Positions 27,942 to 32,000 of a stretch of 32,000 nt of DNA are shown here, piece after piece. The number at the start of each line of letters is the position of its first letter. Position 1 is the stretch's first letter. Source of the stretch: Mycolicibacterium smegmatis. Its GTDB lineage: Bacteria; Actinomycetota; Actinomycetes; Mycobacteriales; Mycobacteriaceae. The translations under genes and the position numbers were made by a program. The notes under the pieces were generated by a model. The model searched no databases, was not told where the DNA came from, and saw only the letters and a program-made list of their open reading frames with translations. The stretch spans positions 2,550,001 to 2,582,000 of the forward strand of contig NZ_LN831039.1 of assembly GCF_001457595.1 (NCBI RefSeq). The letters run 5' to 3'.

Positions 27942-27993
27942 CGGCCGGCACCGTGTGAGCGTTCTTAGGTAATGGCCGGGGGAGGAAGACGAA

Positions 27994-30468
27994 ATGACAG
28001 AACACAAAACACAATCCGCCGGAGCCTCTCACAAGGGGGCTCCGGCGGGTTCGTCACGGCCGGCCAATGACCTGGCTGCGGCGGTCAGTCAGCTGCTCAC
28101 CGGTGGTCCGCGGCAACTGGATTCGGCCGCGCTGCGTGACGCGCTGCTCGATCTCTACGAATTCTGGCTCACCACAAAGGCAACCGAACTCGGCATCACC
28201 GCCGACAGCGGCTTCGCGATCGTCGCGACCGGCGGTCTGGGGCGCGGCGAGATGCTGCCGTACTCAGACCTCGATCTGATGCTGCTGCACGACAACATGC
28301 CCGTGGACGTCGTCACCGAGGTGGCCGAGAAGCTGTGGTATCCGTTGTGGGACGCCAACATTCGCCTCGATCACAGCGTCAGGACGGTGCCTGAGGCGCT
28401 CAAGGTCGCCGGCGAGGACATCTCGGTGGGCCTGGCGATGCTCGACGTGCGCCACATCGCGGGTGACGCGGACCTGTCGTCGCTTCTGGTGGGCGGTGCC
28501 CGCAGGCAGTGGCGCATCGGGATCGCGTCGCGTTTCGAGGAACTCGTCGAACACGCGCAGGCGCGCTGGCAGCGCAGCGGCCAGATCGCGCACCGCGCCG
28601 AGCCCGACCTCAAGTCGGGGCGTGGCGGACTGCGCGACGTCCAGCTGCTCAACGCGCTCGCGATCGCGCAACTCGCCGACGTGTACCCCAGCCGCGCACT
28701 GGCCTCGCCCACCGGAACGCTCGGCGGTGCGCACCTGGCACTGCTCAACGTGCGCACCGAACTTCACCGCGTGTCCGGGCGCGGCCGTGAACTCCTGCTG
28801 GCGCAGCACGCCGACGAGATCGGTGCGGCACTGCGCATCGGCGACCGGTTCGACCTGGCGCGCATGCTCTCGGACGCGGCCCGCACCGTCAGCTACTACG
28901 TCGATTCGGGGATCCGTACGGCGGCCAACGCGTTGCCGCGCCGCGGATTCGCCGCGTTGCGTCGCCCCGTGCGCCGACCGCTCGACGAGGGCGTCATCGA
29001 GTTCGCCGGCGAGGTGATCCTCGCGCGCGACGCGCGGCCCGAACGCGACCCCGGCCTGGTGCTGCGGGTCGCGGCGGCCTCGGCCACCACGGGTCTTCCC
29101 ATCGCGGTGTCCACGCTGAGCCGCCTGGCCGAGACCGCACCGGAACTGCGCACGCCGTGGCCGAGCCAGGCGCTCAAGGATCTGCTGGTGCTGCTGGCCG
29201 CGGGCCCCGCGGCGGTGGCGACCATCGAGGCGCTGGACCGCACGGGCCTGTGGGGCAGGCTCTTCCCCGAATGGGGTGCCGTGCGCGACCTGCCGCCGCG
29301 AGATGTGGTGCACATCTGGACCGTCGACCGGCATCTGGTCGAAACAGTTTCGCGGGCAAGTGCTTTCACCACCCGGGTGTCGCGGCCCGATCTGCTGCTG
29401 CTCGGCGCGCTGTGTCACGACATCGGCAAGGGCCGCGGCGGCGACCACAGCGTCATCGGCGCCGAGCTGGCCACGCAGATCGGCACGCGGCTGGGGCTGT
29501 GGCCGTCGGACATCGACGTGCTGTCCAAGCTCGTGCGCTACCACCTGCTGCTGCCGGAGACGGCAACCCGGCGGGATCTGCAGGACCCCAAGACCATCGC
29601 CGCGGTCGTCGACGCGCTGGGCGGCGACATGGTGGTGCTGGAACTGCTCGACGTGCTCGCCGAGGCCGATTCGCTGGCCACCGGACCGGGTGTGTGGGGC
29701 GACTGGAAGGCGTCGCTGATCGGGGATCTGGTGCGCCGCTGCCGGCTGGTGATGGCCGGTGAACCGCTGCCGCACCCGGATCCCATCGACCCGCGGTTCC
29801 TCGAGATCGCCGCGGACGTCGGGGTGCACGTCGAACTCACGCCGGGCGACGGTCAGCACATCTTCAACGTCACGATGATCGCGCCCGACCGCCGGGGCCT
29901 GCTGTCGAAGGCCGCAGGCGTGCTGGCGCTCAACTCGCTGCGGGTGCATTCGGCGTCGGTGAACAGCCACGAGGGTTCGGCGATCAACACGTTCGTGGTG
30001 TCCCCGCACTTCGGTTCGCCGCCCGCGGCCGATCTGCTGCGCCAGCAGTTCGTGCTGGCACTCGACGGCGATCTGGACGTGATCGGCTCGCTGGAGCGAC
30101 GTGAGCGCGAGGCCGCACAGTATCCGACCACGCGTGCGGGGGAGATCCTCGCCGCGGTGCCTGCCAACCACGTGCCCGCACCGCCGCGCCTGCTGTGGGC
30201 CGACGGCAGCAATCCCGGTGAGCTGATCGTGCAGATCCGCACGATCGACCGCGCTGGTCTGCTCGCGCGGCTCACCGCGGTGTTCGAACGCGACGGCGTC
30301 GACATCGCGTGGGCCAAGGTGACCACGCTGGGCTCGTCGGTGGTCGACGCGTTCGGGATCACCACCGCCGACGGCCGCACCGAGCAGGTGCGTCAGGAAC
30401 TCGAGCGCGACCTGTACGCGGTGCTGCCCACCCCGCCGCCTGCCAAGCCCGCCGAACAGGCCAGCTGA
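27994..30468 (+). CDS. glnD: [Protein-PII] uridylyl/adenylyl-transferase GlnD
   Basis: The 824-aa product has a strong SD (GGGGGAGGAAG) upstream of ATG 27994. It has an N-terminal nucleotidyltransferase domain ([19 protein letters not shown]), an HD domain ([14 protein letters not shown]) and two C-terminal ACT-like domains. Confidence 0.95.
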   Translation: MTEHKTQSAGASHKGAPAGSSRPANDLAAAVSQLLTGGPRQLDSAALRDALLDLYEFWLTTKATELGITADSGFAIVATGGLGRGEMLPYSDLDLMLLHDNMPVDVVTEVAEKLWYPLWDANIRLDHSVRTVPEALKVAGEDISVGLAMLDVRHIAGDADLSSLLVGGARRQWRIGIASRFEELVEHAQARWQRSGQIAHRAEPDLKSGRGGLRDVQLLNALAIAQLADVYPSRALASPTGTLGGAHLALLNVRTELHRVSGRGRELLLAQHADEIGAALRIGDRFDLARMLSDAARTVSYYVDSGIRTAANALPRRGFAALRRPVRRPLDEGVIEFAGEVILARDARPERDPGLVLRVAAASATTGLPIAVSTLSRLAETAPELRTPWPSQALKDLLVLLAAGPAAVATIEALDRTGLWGRLFPEWGAVRDLPPRDVVHIWTVDRHLVETVSRASAFTTRVSRPDLLLLGALCHDIGKGRGGDHSVIGAELATQIGTRLGLWPSDIDVLSKLVRYHLLLPETATRRDLQDPKTIAAVVDALGGDMVVLELLDVLAEADSLATGPGVWGDWKASLIGDLVRRCRLVMAGEPLPHPDPIDPRFLEIAADVGVHVELTPGDGQHIFNVTMIAPDRRGLLSKAAGVLALNSLRVHSASVNSHEGSAINTFVVSPHFGSPPAADLLRQQFVLALDGDLDVIGSLERREREAAQYPTTRAGEILAAVPANHVPAPPRLLWADGSNPGELIVQIRTIDRAGLLARLTAVFERDGVDIAWAKVTTLGSSVVDAFGITTADGRTEQVRQELERDLYAVLPTPPPAKPAEQAS

Positions 30469-31314
30469 TCAGCCGAGGGCCTGGTCGCCGATCACGGTGA
30501 GCAGGCGCAGATCGTCGGCCGCCGAGGATCCGGCGGGCGGCGTGAGCACGACGAGCTGCTGGCCGTCCGCGGCGGCCAGGACCTCACAGTCCAGCGTGAT
30601 GGGTCCGACGTGCGTCGAAAAGGTCTTGCGCTGCAGGCGCCGCACGGCCACCTCGTGACGCGACCACAGTTCGGCGAACTCGGGGCTGCGCGCCAGCAGG
30701 CCGTCGACGAGTTCGCGCATATCGGCTTCGGTGCGTCGCCGGGCCCACGCCGCGCGCAGGTCGGCCACCATGATGCGGCTGTGCTGGTCGTGCTCGACGT
30801 CCGGGAACTGTTCGCGCACAACAGGATCGATGAACCACTGCCAGATCATGCTGGCCTCCACCGTGGTCTCGGCGGTGGTGAGGTCGCCCATCAGAAGTTT
30901 GGCCATGGCGTTCTGCGCCAGCATGATCCCGGTGTCGGTGCACACGAACGCGGCGGCGTCGCGCATGCGGTCCAGGACGAACAGCAGCGCGGGACGCACA
31001 TGTGTCGAGAGCCCGCCCCGGTCCGGTACGGCGTGACCCGCCAGGCGGTAGAGGTGGTCCCGTTCGTCGTCGGTGAGGCGCAGGGCGCGAGCCAGCGCCC
31101 GCAGCATCTGCGGTGACGGCTGCGGGCCGCGGGCCTGTTCGAGCCGGCCGTAGTAGTCCACCGACATGCCCGTCAGCTGCGCGACCTCTTCTCGTCGCAG
31201 GCCCGCGGTGCGCCGCCGCGGGCCCTCGGGCAGTCCGACGTCCTGCGGCCTGATCGCCTCCCTGCGCCGGCGCAGGAACTCGGCCAGCGCGTCTCGGTCC
31301 ATCGGCTCGCCCAT
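30469..31314 (-). CDS. MmyB-like (XRE-type HTH plus ligand-binding domain) transcriptional regulator
   Basis: The N-terminus LAEFLRRRREAIRPQDVGLPEGPRRRTAGLRREEVAQLTGMSVDYYGRLEQAR is the characteristic MmyB-family HTH. The start is ATG 31314, or ATG 31302 as an alternative. The 83 upstream codons of the ORF run through the divergent AKR start and are rejected. Confidence 0.8.
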   Translation of the reverse strand: MGEPMDRDALAEFLRRRREAIRPQDVGLPEGPRRRTAGLRREEVAQLTGMSVDYYGRLEQARGPQPSPQMLRALARALRLTDDERDHLYRLAGHAVPDRGGLSTHVRPALLFVLDRMRDAAAFVCTDTGIMLAQNAMAKLLMGDLTTAETTVEASMIWQWFIDPVVREQFPDVEHDQHSRIMVADLRAAWARRRTEADMRELVDGLLARSPEFAELWSRHEVAVRRLQRKTFSTHVGPITLDCEVLAAADGQQLVVLTPPAGSSAADDLRLLTVIGDQALG

Positions 31315-31414
31315 CGCTTCATTGTCTCCCCGGGGCGGGGGTCGAGACAGGGACCGCGGATCCCTGGTTACACACGTCGTTGTCACCGTCGGCGCCCGGA
31401 CGAACACTGGGCCC

Positions 31415-32000
31415 ATGCGAACCAAGACACTGGGAACCCTGACCACCTCGGCGGTCGGCCTCGGCTGCATGGCGATGTCGGGACCGTACGGCGAAGCCGA
31501 TCGCGCCGAGAGCATCGCCACCGTCCAGGCCGCGCTCGACGCGGGCATCACCTTGCTGGACACCGCCGACTTCTACGGCAGCGGGCACAACGAGATGCTG
31601 CTCGCCGAGGCGCTGCGCGGCAGGGCCCGCGACACCTACCTTCTGAGCGTGAAGTTCGGCGCCCAGATCGGCCCCGGCGTCACCTGGCTCGGCTTCGACG
31701 CGCGATCCGTGGCCGTCAAGAGCGCGGTGGCGTATTCACTGCAGCGTCTCGGGACCGACCACATCGACATCTGCCGCCCCGCGCGTCTGGACCCCGCGGT
31801 CCCCATCGAGGAAACCGTCGGCGCCATAGGCGAACTCGTCGACGCCGGCTACGTGCGGCACATCGGGCTGTCGGAGGTGGGCTCGGACACGATCCGGCGG
31901 GCGGCCTCGGTGCGTCCCATCGCCGACCTGCAGATCGAGTACTCGTTGATGTCACGCGGCATCGAGAACGACATCCTCGACACCTGCCGTGAGCTGGGTA
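31415..32000 (+). CDS. Aldo/keto reductase (Tas/AKR11-13-like), 5' part; continues beyond the window
   Basis: This CDS is absent from the ORF track because no stop falls in the window. Hand translation from ATG 31415 gives MRTKTLGTLTTSAVGLGCMAMSGPYGEADRAESIATVQAALDAGITLLDTADFYGSGHNEMLLAEAL...HIDICRPARLDP...YVRHIGLSEV, with the AKR motifs LDTADFYG and GLSE. Confidence 0.85.
   Translation, partial: MRTKTLGTLTTSAVGLGCMAMSGPYGEADRAESIATVQAALDAGITLLDTADFYGSGHNEMLLAEALRGRARDTYLLSVKFGAQIGPGVTWLGFDARSVAVKSAVAYSLQRLGTDHIDICRPARLDPAVPIEETVGAIGELVDAGYVRHIGLSEVGSDTIRRAASVRPIADLQIEYSLMSRGIENDILDTCRELG

Noticed and set aside
31315-31563. 83-codon upstream extension of the MmyB-like regulator ORF
   Set aside because: It would run through the start of the divergent AKR gene. 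The family-typical HTH N-terminus begins right after ATG 31314.

Overview
This is a high-GC (roughly 65-70% by eye) actinobacterial chromosomal segment. Gene content and order match the mycobacterial core region that is syntenic, in inverted orientation, with M. tuberculosis Rv2976c to Rv2918c. The order is ung tail, rpmB, DAK2/yloV-recG, an aldo/keto reductase (AKR), a LipN-like esterase, DsbA-VKOR, pca-rsmD-coaD, sepIVA-yceD-rnc-fpg, osmC-acyP-smc-ftsY and amt-glnK-glnD. Several details fit a fast-growing Mycolicibacterium smegmatis-like genome: tandem AKRs, a single hemerythrin gene between coaD and sepIVA, and no PDIM locus. That assignment is from memory, not a search. I support 32 protein-coding genes (2 partial at the window edges). 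Many are joined by 1-4 nt start/stop overlaps (ATGA, GTGA, TGATG). I found no tRNA, rRNA, CRISPR array, transposase or integrase. The many long ORFs antisense to real genes are GC-driven shadow ORFs. I do not see convincing evidence for a new multi-gene system; this is mostly housekeeping DNA with four small lineage-specific insertions: GNAT-TetR-second AKR, hemerythrin, a P/Q/Y-repeat membrane protein, and an MmyB-like regulator with a third AKR. The leads most worth a second look are listed here. (1) The conserved rsmD N-terminus lies upstream of any canonical start codon, implying a CTG start that overlaps the pca stop (CTGA). (2) The divergent AKR and esterase genes have physically overlapping start codons (CCATGG). 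(3) The second AKR is a clear low-GC, atypical-codon paralog. (4) A signal-anchored DUF1524 His-Me-finger nuclease is translationally coupled to recG. (5) There are candidate regulatory sites: a TetR operator with a leaderless -10, a SigF-type promoter, phased GlnR boxes, and a glnK-glnD stem-loop. (6) Two coding 15-bp tandem-repeat tracts occur in exported or membrane proteins.
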